Of a stretch of 64,000 nt of DNA, positions 11,303-21,014 are shown piece by piece. The position numbers and the translations under genes are program-made. Within the stretch, counting starts at the first letter, position 1. The number at the start of each line of letters is the position of its first letter. Source of the DNA: a virus. The stretch lies in the IMG/VR virus record IMGVR_UViG_3300045988_094645; one strand, written 5' to 3'. A model generated the notes under the pieces. It was not told the DNA's origin. It did not search any database and saw only the letters and a program-made list of their open reading frames with translations.

Positions 11303-11764
11303 TTATTCACCATACTCTCTTAAAATTTCTTCTTTAGTCATTCTTTCAGTGGCTAACGCGTCGGCTAGTTCATTATAAAGCTCACCATCATGACCTTTAA
11401 TTTTTCTTAGATCAATCTTGTAATCTTGTCTTAGCATATCATAAATTTTAATTAAATCAAGATTTTCAAGTTTCTTTCCGCCTGCGCGTACCCATCCATT
11501 TGCTTTCCAGCTATTTATCCATGAATTGAAACTATTTACACAATAAGAAGAATCGCTATAGACTATTGGGACAAAGAAATCTCCCTCTTTTGCGCCATAG
11601 TGTTCTAGCGCATATATAATAGCTTTCATTTCCTCTCTATTGTTTGTAGTTTGTGGTTCACGCTCTGAGTAAGCGTCTATAACGACATCATTATCAACTA
11701 CAATAACTCCAAAACCTCCTGGCCCAGGATTACCTAGGCAAGAACCATCGGTATATATAGTCAT
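11303..11764 (-). CDS. rnhA: ribonuclease H (RNase HI-like)
   Basis: MTIYTDGSCLGNPGPGGFGV... is a typical RNase H N-terminus; TAA stop. Confidence 0.85.
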   Translation of the reverse strand: MTIYTDGSCLGNPGPGGFGVIVVDNDVVIDAYSEREPQTTNNREEMKAIIYALEHYGAKEGDFFVPIVYSDSSYCVNSFNSWINSWKANGWVRAGGKKLENLDLIKIYDMLRQDYKIDLRKIKGHDGELYNELADALATERMTKEEILREYGE

Positions 11765-11890
11765 AAGACATAAATCTCCTTTATTTTAACTCTTTTCATT
11801 TTCTGAATATATAATATCATATATTTTAAGAAAAATCAAGCTACAAACAAATAAAGGCTTAATGGGATAAATACCCATTAAGCCTTTATA

Positions 11891-12232
11891 TTAAATAGGG
11901 CCATCGAGATCAATAGGAATATCATTAGATGCCGAAAAATCTTCTGTCTAAACAGTATATATAGATGCGGAATTAGATTCAATTTCTTTTAAAGCTAAAT
12001 CGTAGGTTATTCCACCCTTTTTATGATCTGATTTAGCCATCGTTAGATAGAAGGAGCAAACTATACCATGAGCACTCCATGGTAAACCTATAAGAGCACT
12101 AATCCATGGCAAAGTCCCCAAATAACCCATATAGACGCACATAAATGCTAAAAGTATTCCTGATATGGTTATAATCCACAATAGCAAGCGAATATCATTT
12201 ATGAGCTTCTTAGAAAATTCTATCTTTTTCAT
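11891..12232 (-). CDS. putative holin (2 TM, 1 in-frame TAG)
   Basis: Hydrophobic two-TM protein immediately upstream of the endolysin; ORF 11948..12232 ends in TAG and continues to TAA at 11891. Confidence 0.4.
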
Positions 12233-12233
12233 C

Positions 12234-13640
12234 TTAAAGTCCTAGCTTTTCCGCCAATCTTCTAATCATAGTTACTGTTTCTAATCTAGTACAGAATTTG
12301 TTTGGCATCATTCTTCCAGCGCTGTCGCCGGCCATAATTCCATTTGTCTTAGCCCATTCGAGATTATCGGAACCCCATGTCTCTTTTTCATTAGCTTTAT
12401 TGGTTAGCCAAGTATTCATAAGCTCAGCGAATTTTTCATCAGTCATATCTTCATCATCCTCCTAAATATTTGTCATTAGGTTATAAACGTCTGTTCTTGC
12501 TGTTTCCATGCTTTTTCCAAATTTTGGAAACCAATGGTTTACATCTGCATGGTTAGAACCTAATCCTAGTTTATGACTATCAGCATGACATAAAATGGTT
12601 GGAACAGTGATACCATTTAAAGTAGTCGTTCCTAATGGATTTATGTTATACATCTTACATAAATAGGCAGTAATCTAACAAGCTTCTTCATAAATCTTAT
12701 TAAAATAGTCTGCATTATTTAAACCATCTTCGCAAATTTCAAACTAAATCCATCCATTATTACAAGAGCCTTTAGTTCCAGAACCACATCCCCAAGGACG
12801 ATAATTCCATGGCATTGTCTATATTGTTGTTACTGTTCCATCTGCTAGCTTGCCAATCCAGCAATTTAGCCCAGCTTGAATAGATACATGATTCCAGTCA
12901 TTTTTACTTGTATTCTTTCCTATTTTACTTATTAAAGTATTATAGTTGGGATCATTATCGCTAGGTTGAACATATCTTTTTAAATTAGGATTATTCGCGC
13001 CTGTACTATGCCATAAAATTCCTTTAACTTGCATAGTGCGTGTCTATTTATAGCAAGTGCTATTAGTCATCATGCATTGAAGTGGTTTATTGCTATCACT
13101 ATATTTCATTTTATTACCTCCTTCAATTATATTTGAAATATTAGCAAATTTATTATAATACTATTGACCATAACTTGTTCTCTTTTGTTGCATATAAATA
13201 CTCTAATCCGCAGGTTTTTCAAACTAAATCAATACTGCCGTAGATGCTACTTCAACAGAAACGGCAGAAATTAAAATATTAACTAAAGAAGAAAAACTTG
13301 TAACTAACTCCTAATATAAAAAATCTAATTGGGTGTTTAAATCTCCAATAGATCTTCCACGATTTTGACAGAACTAAAGTAGATTTTGTTTTCTGCTCCA
13401 GAATGTCCATTGAGCTAGGCCATAGCCGGCTCCGTCTTTTACAAAGTTTTTATACCTTCCATCATCAACTGCGGAGGTATATCCTGCGTCGGTCATTTTT
13501 AATTTTTTTTCATAGGTGTTCTATAAGTTAATAGAATTAAGACCACTTTCGGCATAAAGATTACCCATTAAACCGGCAATTCCGCAATCACTAAAACCTT
13601 TGCCTTTAAAATATTTCCAAATAATTTGAGCATTAGTCAT
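12234..13640 (-). CDS. multidomain endolysin: lysozyme-like N-domain, Amidase_2 and SLH-like C-terminus (11 in-frame TAG)
   Basis: One frame of 469 codons from ATG at 13640 to TAA at 12234; only TAG interrupts it. Motifs: GIAGLMGNLYAESGLN, GILWHSTGANNP...ILCHADSH, WAKTNGIMAG. Confidence 0.7.
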
Positions 13641-13642
13641 TT

Positions 13643-14497
13643 TTATTTTTTTGTAATGAAAGAGCTATATCCAGCAGATTTTAATTTATCTTTTAGTCTT
13701 TCTGCATTTAATTTCACAGAGAAAGCACCTAATTGAACTTTATAAAAAATTCCTACTTTCTTGACATATCCGCTAAATCCTTTCTCTTCCAATTCCTTTA
13801 ACATATTCTCCGCATTGGTTTTAGATAGAAATGCTCCTACTTGAACTCTGTAAAGAACTACCTCTTGTTCTTTCTTAAAATATACACACATTACATTATC
13901 AACTGGTCTTGCATAAATTTGAGAAGTTTTTCTTTTCCCATCTATTAGTAATCTAGTAGATCCGCCTCCATCTAAATTAATAGCATATTCTACTTTCAAT
14001 TCAAGGAAAATTTGCTATAGGGCAGCATAAGCAAGACCTGGAGAATCTACGGTTACAATATAATAATTATTTTTATTCCATCCAATACAAATCCTGCGGG
14101 CTTTATAATCTAATTCTTTTCCATCTGTTATAACTACTTTTTTGCTATCTACAATTAATGCAGGATAAGCTGCGATAAAATCTCTAGCGGTTTCATAATC
14201 TTTTAATGTTGTATATATAAGTGTTTTATTGCCGCTAATTGCAACTCCATGACGAAAATCAGACTAAATAACAGTTCCTTCGTCTTTATAACTAAAGCAA
14301 GTGTTGCCATTATTCATGGCAAAGAAACCTCCATTAGTAATAATGTCTGGTTTAGTAGCCTGTCTTTTATAATAAGCATCTGGAGTTTCCGTCGGTTGAT
14401 TGCATAAGGCAAAGTCAATTTTTTCAATGTCTGTGAAGGGAATTGTTACAATTTGAACATAAGAATAGAGACTATGTTTTTTGATACTATATCCCAT
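13643..14497 (-). CDS. DUF2233/phosphodiester-glycosidase-like domain plus two SPOR repeats; putative cell-wall-binding protein (3 in-frame TAG)
   Basis: NLDGGGSTRL motif; tandem SPOR-like repeats (YRVQVGAF...KGFSGY, YKVQLGAF...AGYSS). Frame is continuous from 14497 to TAA at 13643. Confidence 0.5.
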
Positions 14498-14518
14498 ACT
14501 TTATCTCCTTTCAATAAT

Positions 14519-14550
14519 AAAACCCAATCTCTAAAGAGATTGGGTTTAAA
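14519..14550 (-). terminator. terminator hairpin after the phoH-like gene
   Basis: aacccaatctct-aaag-agagattgggtt followed by a T-run on the minus strand. Confidence 0.65.
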
Positions 14551-15807
14551 TCAAATATATTCAGCTATTTGCGCGATTCTAGATCTATAAATATTACGGA
14601 GTTCTACTTCACCGTATATATCTTGTCCTCTATAAACTTTAGAAACTCGTTTCATTCCATTGTTTATGCCAGCAAAATGAATATCATCAACTTGAGTTTT
14701 TTCATCGCCGTCAATGATACAAATGCAATCCTCTCCAATTCTTTGAAGAGCCAACTTAATAAGTGTACGATCTAAATTCTGAGCTTCAGAAATGTATATA
14801 CCTGCTCTTGAACCATTGGTATCATATCCTCTAATATCCGACATTGGTAGTAAAATTAATTTTTCTTCGCTCATAAGATGTTCTACTCCCGTTCTACCGC
14901 TGAATTTAGATATTAAGAGATTGCCGATTTGAGAGTCTAATAGTTTTTCATCTCTTGTTCCAGGTAGAAATCCTAATCTTGCACTATTGGCTGTGGCAAC
15001 GGTATTGCAAAATACAATAATATGATCAAGTTCGCCTTTTTCTAGCTTAGACATTAAATAGGCTAAGCTAATAAATGTTTTACCAGATCCCGCAGGCCCT
15101 TTAATCAAGGTAATTTTATTATTAGATAAGCTATCAAAAAGTAATTTTTGGTAAATATCATTTTGATATGGCTTTACTTTTCCAAACCAATTTGAATTAA
15201 AGTCATTATAATTTAGATATCTATGGTCGTTTCCAGTCCATACTCTCAAATCTACCACTTTATCATCCATATCTCTTATAATGAGATATTCTCCAACATG
15301 AAGATTAAAATGATTCAGCTCTGGTTTTTGATAAAACTCTGTAAGATTCTCATCACTAGCAGAAATTTCTTTATATCCACTATAATTATCAGTTTCTTCT
15401 GGAATACTTTCTATCATGTCAGACCCGAAGAATAGATTTGCAATATGCTTTAGGCTTAAATCATTTGTTACAAAGATGACTTCATCCACTCTTTTATTAT
15501 TATTATACCAAATTGCATCAGACAGTATCCTTGTATCATCCGTTACGTCAAGACACATTTCTTTAATATAGTCTTCAAAATCTGTTTGATGGATTACTAC
15601 TTCATACATATCAGGGTGCGTTTCAAATAAATGTAGCAATAATCTAGCTGAATATTTTATATCTGAATCTTTATTGTTAGCGGTTTTAATTCTTTCCAAT
15701 TCCTGAAAAGTAATTGATGATACAATAAATTTTTCATCATTATTGAATAAGCCTTCTCCGCATATCAATAGTGAACAAGTATCATAGAACCGAATATCTT
15801 TATTCAT
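14551..15807 (-). CDS. phoH: PhoH-like ATPase with N-terminal PIN domain
   Basis: GPAGSGKTF Walker A with PIN-PhoH architecture; TGA stop, then a perfect terminator hairpin. Confidence 0.8.
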   Translation of the reverse strand: MNKDIRFYDTCSLLICGEGLFNNDEKFIVSSITFQELERIKTANNKDSDIKYSARLLLHLFETHPDMYEVVIHQTDFEDYIKEMCLDVTDDTRILSDAIWYNNNKRVDEVIFVTNDLSLKHIANLFFGSDMIESIPEETDNYSGYKEISASDENLTEFYQKPELNHFNLHVGEYLIIRDMDDKVVDLRVWTGNDHRYLNYNDFNSNWFGKVKPYQNDIYQKLLFDSLSNNKITLIKGPAGSGKTFISLAYLMSKLEKGELDHIIVFCNTVATANSARLGFLPGTRDEKLLDSQIGNLLISKFSGRTGVEHLMSEEKLILLPMSDIRGYDTNGSRAGIYISEAQNLDRTLIKLALQRIGEDCICIIDGDEKTQVDDIHFAGINNGMKRVSKVYRGQDIYGEVELRNIYRSRIAQIAEYI

Positions 15808-16075
15808 AATTTTCCTCTTCCTCTTCTGATGTAGTAGTAGTAAATCCTATAGCTTTTACACTCTTATTTATAGAGTTATTTAATCTATCTATTTTAGCAT
15901 TACACTCTACTATTTTTATACTTAATCTCGCTTTTAAGAGTTCTACAAAGACAGAAATAAGCTCTTTCAAGTCCAAAATGATTGGAATACCCAACGATCC
16001 AATAAGAATACCTATAAGTAAATATAACAAAATGTACCACCTTCTTCTTTATATATAACAAAAAAAGAAGGAGAT

Positions 16076-16537
16076 TTAATTATTATTGCCCTGACGAAAT
16101 TTTCTAACTATCGAGAGCGCCTTAGTTTGATTTTTAATGTAAGTTTTTAAGTTAGTTTCTTCTGTTTTTAATGCTTTTTTAAGTGCGGAAATGCGAGATA
16201 TATAGCGCGTTATAGCATGATAAAAGTTGCCAGTAGGGTCCACTTCCGCGGGACCTGCTTTTCCGTACTTCGTTGCCTCTTGATAGAAATCATATCTATA
16301 TTCCATTTCTTTTCGAGATTTTTTAATCTCGTAGTTCATAGCATTCATTCTTGCTTTTGATAAAGCGATATTTCTACCAACTCTATAGGAATAAAAACCT
16401 TTATCATTTTCTGCTAATTTTGCGTTCCCTGTAAATAACTTACCGTCATATAATATACCTATAATTGTATCTCCAATATTTTCATCAATTACTTCAGTTA
16501 CTATTGGAGCTTTATATATTGCGCTTACTACACTCAT
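16076..16537 (-). CDS. hypothetical protein
   Basis: ORF track; TAA stop. Confidence 0.35.
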   Translation of the reverse strand: MSVVSAIYKAPIVTEVIDENIGDTIIGILYDGKLFTGNAKLAENDKGFYSYRVGRNIALSKARMNAMNYEIKKSRKEMEYRYDFYQEATKYGKAGPAEVDPTGNFYHAITRYISRISALKKALKTEETNLKTYIKNQTKALSIVRKFRQGNNN

Positions 16538-16620
16538 TATAAGTTTCTCCTAATCTTTTAAATCTTATATTTAGATTATATCATTTATTTATAGAAAAAT
16601 CAATTATTTTAAGTATTTTG

Positions 16621-16680
16621 AAGAAAAAATTGCTGGGCCTATGCGCACGGAAACTCGGAGTATCACGAAGCTAGGCATAA
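16621..16680 (-). repeat. conserved structured intergenic motif, copy 1 (tGGGCCT..GCGCaCGGAAACTCGGAG with covarying closing stem)
   Basis: Second copy at 42231-42280; the closing stem changes from GCCTA/TAGGC to GCCTG/CAGGC. Confidence 0.4.
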
Positions 16681-16687
16681 AAAAAAG

Positions 16688-16716
16688 ACCTCTAACCATA
16701 TTGGTTAGAGGTCTGA
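16688..16716 (-). terminator. terminator hairpin
   Basis: agacctctaaccatattggttagaggtct. Confidence 0.55.
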
Positions 16717-16720
16717 TAAA

Positions 16721-17407
16721 TTAATTATTGTTTGGATGTATTATGAAGGTACTCGTTTCTAATAGCAAATCTTTAAGTTCTATATCTTGATAATGCGTAT
16801 ATGGAATGCGAATTATTGGGATGTTATTATCGAAGCAATAGTTATTCTTTTCAGTATCTCGAATTTGTTGACTTTCTTTTGTATGAATTTCATTTCCCCA
16901 TTTGCTATCCTAGAAATGCTATTTTCCATCATATTCTATAACATATTTATCCTATATAAAGAAGTCATATCGGAATAATGTACCATAAAAAATTTTTTCT
17001 TTAACAAAAGGAATTTTAGCATCTCGTAGTATTTCTGCAATCTTTTGCTCACCTAGAGATTTTATACATCCACAGCTTTTTGTATTTTCTTGTTGTAAAG
17101 AATTACCAGACACAATAATGGTATTTCCACAATCGCATTTGCACTTCCAATAACTTTTTGTTGATCCGTTTGGATTTTTCTTAGTGCCATTAAATTCTAT
17201 CACTGTTAATAATCCAAACTTCTATCCAACAAGATTTTTTAAATTATCATGTCCAGTTTTCTTTGCCGCTTCTTTTTGTAAGCATCCACAGCTCTTTTTA
17301 TGGCCAGATTTAAGGTCTGCGCTAGACGCATAAGTTTCATTTCCACAAGAGCATTTACATCTCCAAATAACTCCACCTCTATGATCTCGCTGCTTTGTTT
17401 CTTCCAA
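16721..17407 (-). CDS. homing-endonuclease-like protein: two CxC-x-CG zinc ribbons plus Vsr/PD-(D/E)xK-like nuclease domain (4 in-frame TAG)
   Basis: ORFs 17222..17407 and 16952..17203 join in one frame through TAG; C-terminus RYDFFI-TAG-DKYVIEYDGK-TAG-HF; TAA at 16721. Confidence 0.55.
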
Positions 17408-17504
17408 GACGGTTAATTGATTAAATTGCTAACCAACTAAATTTATTTTTTTACCCAATTCAATCACCTCTAATATTAGTAAATGTTAGAGTAGATAAAT
17501 TAAA

Positions 17505-18059
17505 TCAATTTGTAAAATTTTTTATATCATTGATAATGTTGTCTAGTAAAACTGGATAGCTATTATGGGCATCAACTTCACAATGATAAATAATTCCTTT
17601 GTCCATATCAACAAAAGGATTAGTAGTATGAGTATGTCCGCAAAGATTTATAATTTTATTTTTTAGAGGTTTATTTAAATCATCAAGATTACCAGTTAAA
17701 GTGGGGAAATGAGACATATAGAAGTGATATTTCTTGTATTTAAGAGCAATAGCCCAAGCAGTTTCCATCACATTAGGAAGCTTGGCATACATTTTCTTGC
17801 GGCTATCCGTACAGTGGTTTCCAAAAGCAATGTGGAGTTTTCCATTCATAGAGGAAATAAACTCCTTATTTCTCTCAAGACCGTCTGCTCCACCGAGGCA
17901 GAGGTCCCCAAGAACATATACATCATCTTCTGGAGTGACAATAGAGTTATGCCTCTCGATAAGAGCAACATTCATCTCTTCAACAGAGTTGAATCCACGA
18001 GATTTATAGACAAATTCACGGTCATGCGAGAAGTGCCAATCCGAGGTTACGAAAATCAT
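17505..18059 (-). CDS. calcineurin-like metallophosphoesterase
   Basis: GDLCLGG...GNHC motifs; TGA stop. Confidence 0.7.
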   Translation of the reverse strand: MIFVTSDWHFSHDREFVYKSRGFNSVEEMNVALIERHNSIVTPEDDVYVLGDLCLGGADGLERNKEFISSMNGKLHIAFGNHCTDSRKKMYAKLPNVMETAWAIALKYKKYHFYMSHFPTLTGNLDDLNKPLKNKIINLCGHTHTTNPFVDMDKGIIYHCEVDAHNSYPVLLDNIINDIKNFTN

Positions 18060-18589
18060 TTATCTCTCTCCTCCATTCCATGATGATTAATTCTTACTTC
18101 TTTAAATCCGTACTTATAAAGTTCAAATTCTGCGGGAGTGGGAGATCTATAGTTTCTAGCCATCTTCCTAATTGCGGACTCTGGGACTTGAGAAAATCCT
18201 TCTCTCAAGCTATTGCGAGCGATACAGGTATCAATCCCGCAATCGCAAACTTCGAAGACAAGTCTTGTTTTTCCGTCCGGCCGCAGTCTACCCAATAACT
18301 TTGCTCTTGATCCTTGGGAAATATGAGTTGCGTCAACAAAGATGTAATCAATTCCGATTTCGAGACATTCGTTAATCTGACGGACAAATTCTTCGAATAC
18401 ATCATTCTCTTTCCCGAAGTAACTTCCATCACCAACGAAAGATTTTCTTATCTCGTCACGGGAGATAATAGCAGTATGAAAACCATCCATTTCAAGCAAC
18501 TCAGCTTCTTTATGCGCCCAAGTAGATTTTCCACTACCGGGGATACCGACCATAACTTTTACTTCAATAGTCATACTGCTTTCCTCCAT
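18056..18589 (-). CDS. polynucleotide kinase-like P-loop kinase
   Basis: GIPGSGKST Walker A and a T4 Pnk-like kinase layout; overlaps the metallophosphoesterase start (ATGA). Confidence 0.6.
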   Translation of the reverse strand: MEESSMTIEVKVMVGIPGSGKSTWAHKEAELLEMDGFHTAIISRDEIRKSFVGDGSYFGKENDVFEEFVRQINECLEIGIDYIFVDATHISQGSRAKLLGRLRPDGKTRLVFEVCDCGIDTCIARNSLREGFSQVPESAIRKMARNYRSPTPAEFELYKYGFKEVRINHHGMEERDK

Positions 18590-18650
18590 TCATTTAACTT
18601 TCTATAAATATTATAATATATTTTTTATAAAATATCAAAAGATTTTTATT

Positions 18651-19538
18651 TTAAATCTCAACTGGTTGAATTAGTTCTTCAATATAAGTCCTACCTTCAT
18701 CTTTGAATAGAGGAATATTAAGGTCAATAAACCAATAGTGTTTAAAATGAATTGAGCCATCTTCTCTTTCCGTTTCTTCGCAGTCTTTTATACAACAAGA
18801 ACCTCTCTTCAAATAGGTCGGTAGACTATTCCAATCTATCCCCTTTTTGGAAATAAGCATCTCTAAAATTTCACTACTGCACTTACCCTGAAGTTCACTA
18901 TGAGAAAAATTTGCTTGACCAACCATTTGAATAGAATTGCGAATGGCATCTAACTGTCGCCAGTAAATGAGATTTGTTACCTCTTCTTTTGGGATATTAA
19001 AAACACGTGCATCAAACATAGCACCTTTTGCGCTTGCCATCCGTAAAGTTTTCATATATTCTTGATGTTTCTGTTGGATTTCTACACTTTGCGGAGTTAG
19101 AGAACACTTCCAATCAACTTCGTATGCTTCAATCGCTCGATGAAAAGCTTTATTAAAAGCCATTGTCGCCATAGATGCTGCAACAGAGCACATCTTTTGA
19201 ACTTCGTAGTCAAACCACGCTTCACTATTTAATTTCTTGTAATCAACAAGAATTAGAGTTATTTCATCACTTTGTGTATATCCAAGAACACATCCTTGAA
19301 TATTTCTGCACAAATACTCTGTAGTTTCTTGCATAGCTTCAACTAACACTTCGTCAAATGGTTTTTTAAATCCTTTAGTGAAGGTATGAAATGCTTTTCC
19401 ATCAATTCTAATTGCTACTGGAGTTCTGCGCATGAGGCGAGTTTTAGGTACCTGTTCATAAAACTCCTTCATACGAGTACCAAGTTGGTCATTCATACTG
19501 TTTATCCTCCATATCAACCATAAAAATATGCTCGTCAA
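18651..19538 (-). CDS. Thg1-like protein (tRNA-His guanylyltransferase family, 3'-5' polymerase)
   Basis: RRTPVAIRIDGKAFHTFTKGF matches the Thg1 core; TAA stop. Confidence 0.75.
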   Translation of the reverse strand: MTSIFLWLIWRINSMNDQLGTRMKEFYEQVPKTRLMRRTPVAIRIDGKAFHTFTKGFKKPFDEVLVEAMQETTEYLCRNIQGCVLGYTQSDEITLILVDYKKLNSEAWFDYEVQKMCSVAASMATMAFNKAFHRAIEAYEVDWKCSLTPQSVEIQQKHQEYMKTLRMASAKGAMFDARVFNIPKEEVTNLIYWRQLDAIRNSIQMVGQANFSHSELQGKCSSEILEMLISKKGIDWNSLPTYLKRGSCCIKDCEETEREDGSIHFKHYWFIDLNIPLFKDEGRTYIEELIQPVEI

Positions 19539-20223
19539 AGGTATCGAGATTTAAGAGAACGGTTTGTCCAGTAAAGAAACTGCCACAATCAATATTTACC
19601 TTATGGTCATTGCAGTACCAAAAAGCACCCTCAACATAAGAGTCTTCTCTCGCTCCAAAGAAATTTTTCAGACTTCCTCTATAGCCTCTAATCATACCGG
19701 GGATAGGAGTATGTCCATGAACACAGATAGTATTATTTTCATAGTAAGTATCCCAGATATGTTCTCTATTCCAGATTAAATCTCTTGTATTTGGATTAGA
19801 ACCTGCTGTAAGCCCTGCATGACAAAGAGCTATTTTTACACCATTTTTATTGCAGTATTCCATATAAGTAGGTAACTTACTTAAATAGTTACACCAATCA
19901 GGGTTTGCACCATCACTTATCCAACCTTCAAAAGTGTCTTTCCCTCCGTTAAAACAAAGCAAAGCATAATCCCTGTCGAAACATTCATACTTCGCATATT
20001 CTCTCATTGCATTGACAAGCATATCTTCGTGATTACCTTTGATGTAGATAAATTGCGGATCTGCGGCAACTGCTTTAATGGTTTTCCAAGGATCAGGTCC
20101 CCGATCGCCGCAATCGCCCAGGCAATAAACTTTATCTTCTGGTTTTAAAAATTTCTTTACCTCTTGATAAAGACATAACATACCATGAAGATCCGAGCAT
20201 GCATATACGCTCACTTTAATCAC
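19489..20223 (-). CDS. PPP-family phosphoesterase (ApaH/lambda-phosphatase-like)
   Basis: GDCGDRGPD...GNHEDM motifs. Confidence 0.7.
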   Translation of the reverse strand: MIKVSVYACSDLHGMLCLYQEVKKFLKPEDKVYCLGDCGDRGPDPWKTIKAVAADPQFIYIKGNHEDMLVNAMREYAKYECFDRDYALLCFNGGKDTFEGWISDGANPDWCNYLSKLPTYMEYCNKNGVKIALCHAGLTAGSNPNTRDLIWNREHIWDTYYENNTICVHGHTPIPGMIRGYRGSLKNFFGAREDSYVEGAFWYCNDHKVNIDCGSFFTGQTVLLNLDTFDEHIFMVDMEDKQYE

Positions 20224-20261
20224 TTCCTTTATTATATTATACTATAATAAAATATAAAAAT

Positions 20262-20284
20262 AAAGAGAGCGTAAAGCTCTCTTT
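20262..20284 (-). terminator. terminator hairpin after nadE
   Basis: aaagagagcgtaaagctctcttt. Confidence 0.55.
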
Positions 20285-20286
20285 AT

Positions 20287-21009
20287 TTAAAAGAAGGGGC
20301 AGGTTGGCATTTCCTCTGTTTTATGTAGATTTCTCTTGTGTCTCTGCTCAATATTCTTATATACTTCATACGAAGGAGTAATACGATATAGCAAAAAGTT
20401 ATCAAGAATTTTATAAGAAAAGCCCAGATTCTCTTCATCTGAGAGTCCAGTTAATCCATCTTCTGGGACTTTTTCTATAAACTTCTCCGGTAGACCAAGT
20501 TCTGAACCAATCTCTTTAACTTCTGTTACTGTATAGTTGTATAGAATTGAAAAATCTCCTGCGGAATCACCAAATTTAGTTGAATAACCAACATAATTTT
20601 CGCTTCTATTGCAAGTGTTTACAACTCTACCATGTCGAGCGGCAGCAATAGCATAAAGAATATTCATTCTTTCTCTTGCTGGAACGTTGCTTACAACTTG
20701 AGGAAGATTACGAATATCAGAAGGTAGGGAGGAAAAAGTTGCTTTGCAAGCCTCTCCGATGTTAATATTATAATGTTCTTTAATGCCTAGATACTCAATA
20801 ACTTCATTTGAAATATCAATGTCTGATTGATACCCTTGTGGCATTTGAACTGCAATTACATTTTCTGGCCCAATAGCTTTACAAAGTAGTGCGGCGGCGA
20901 CAGTAGAATCTTTCCCTCCAGAAATACCAATAACAGCTTTGCAGTCCGGGCCGTTGTTGATAAAATATTCTTTAATCCAGTCAATAATTCTTTGAACTCT
21001 TCTTGTCAT
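20287..21009 (-). CDS. nadE: NH3-dependent NAD+ synthetase
   Basis: PP-loop GISGGKDSTVAA. Confidence 0.8.
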   Translation of the reverse strand: MTRRVQRIIDWIKEYFINNGPDCKAVIGISGGKDSTVAAALLCKAIGPENVIAVQMPQGYQSDIDISNEVIEYLGIKEHYNINIGEACKATFSSLPSDIRNLPQVVSNVPARERMNILYAIAAARHGRVVNTCNRSENYVGYSTKFGDSAGDFSILYNYTVTEVKEIGSELGLPEKFIEKVPEDGLTGLSDEENLGFSYKILDNFLLYRITPSYEVYKNIEQRHKRNLHKTEEMPTCPFF

Positions 21010-21014
21010 AAGAT

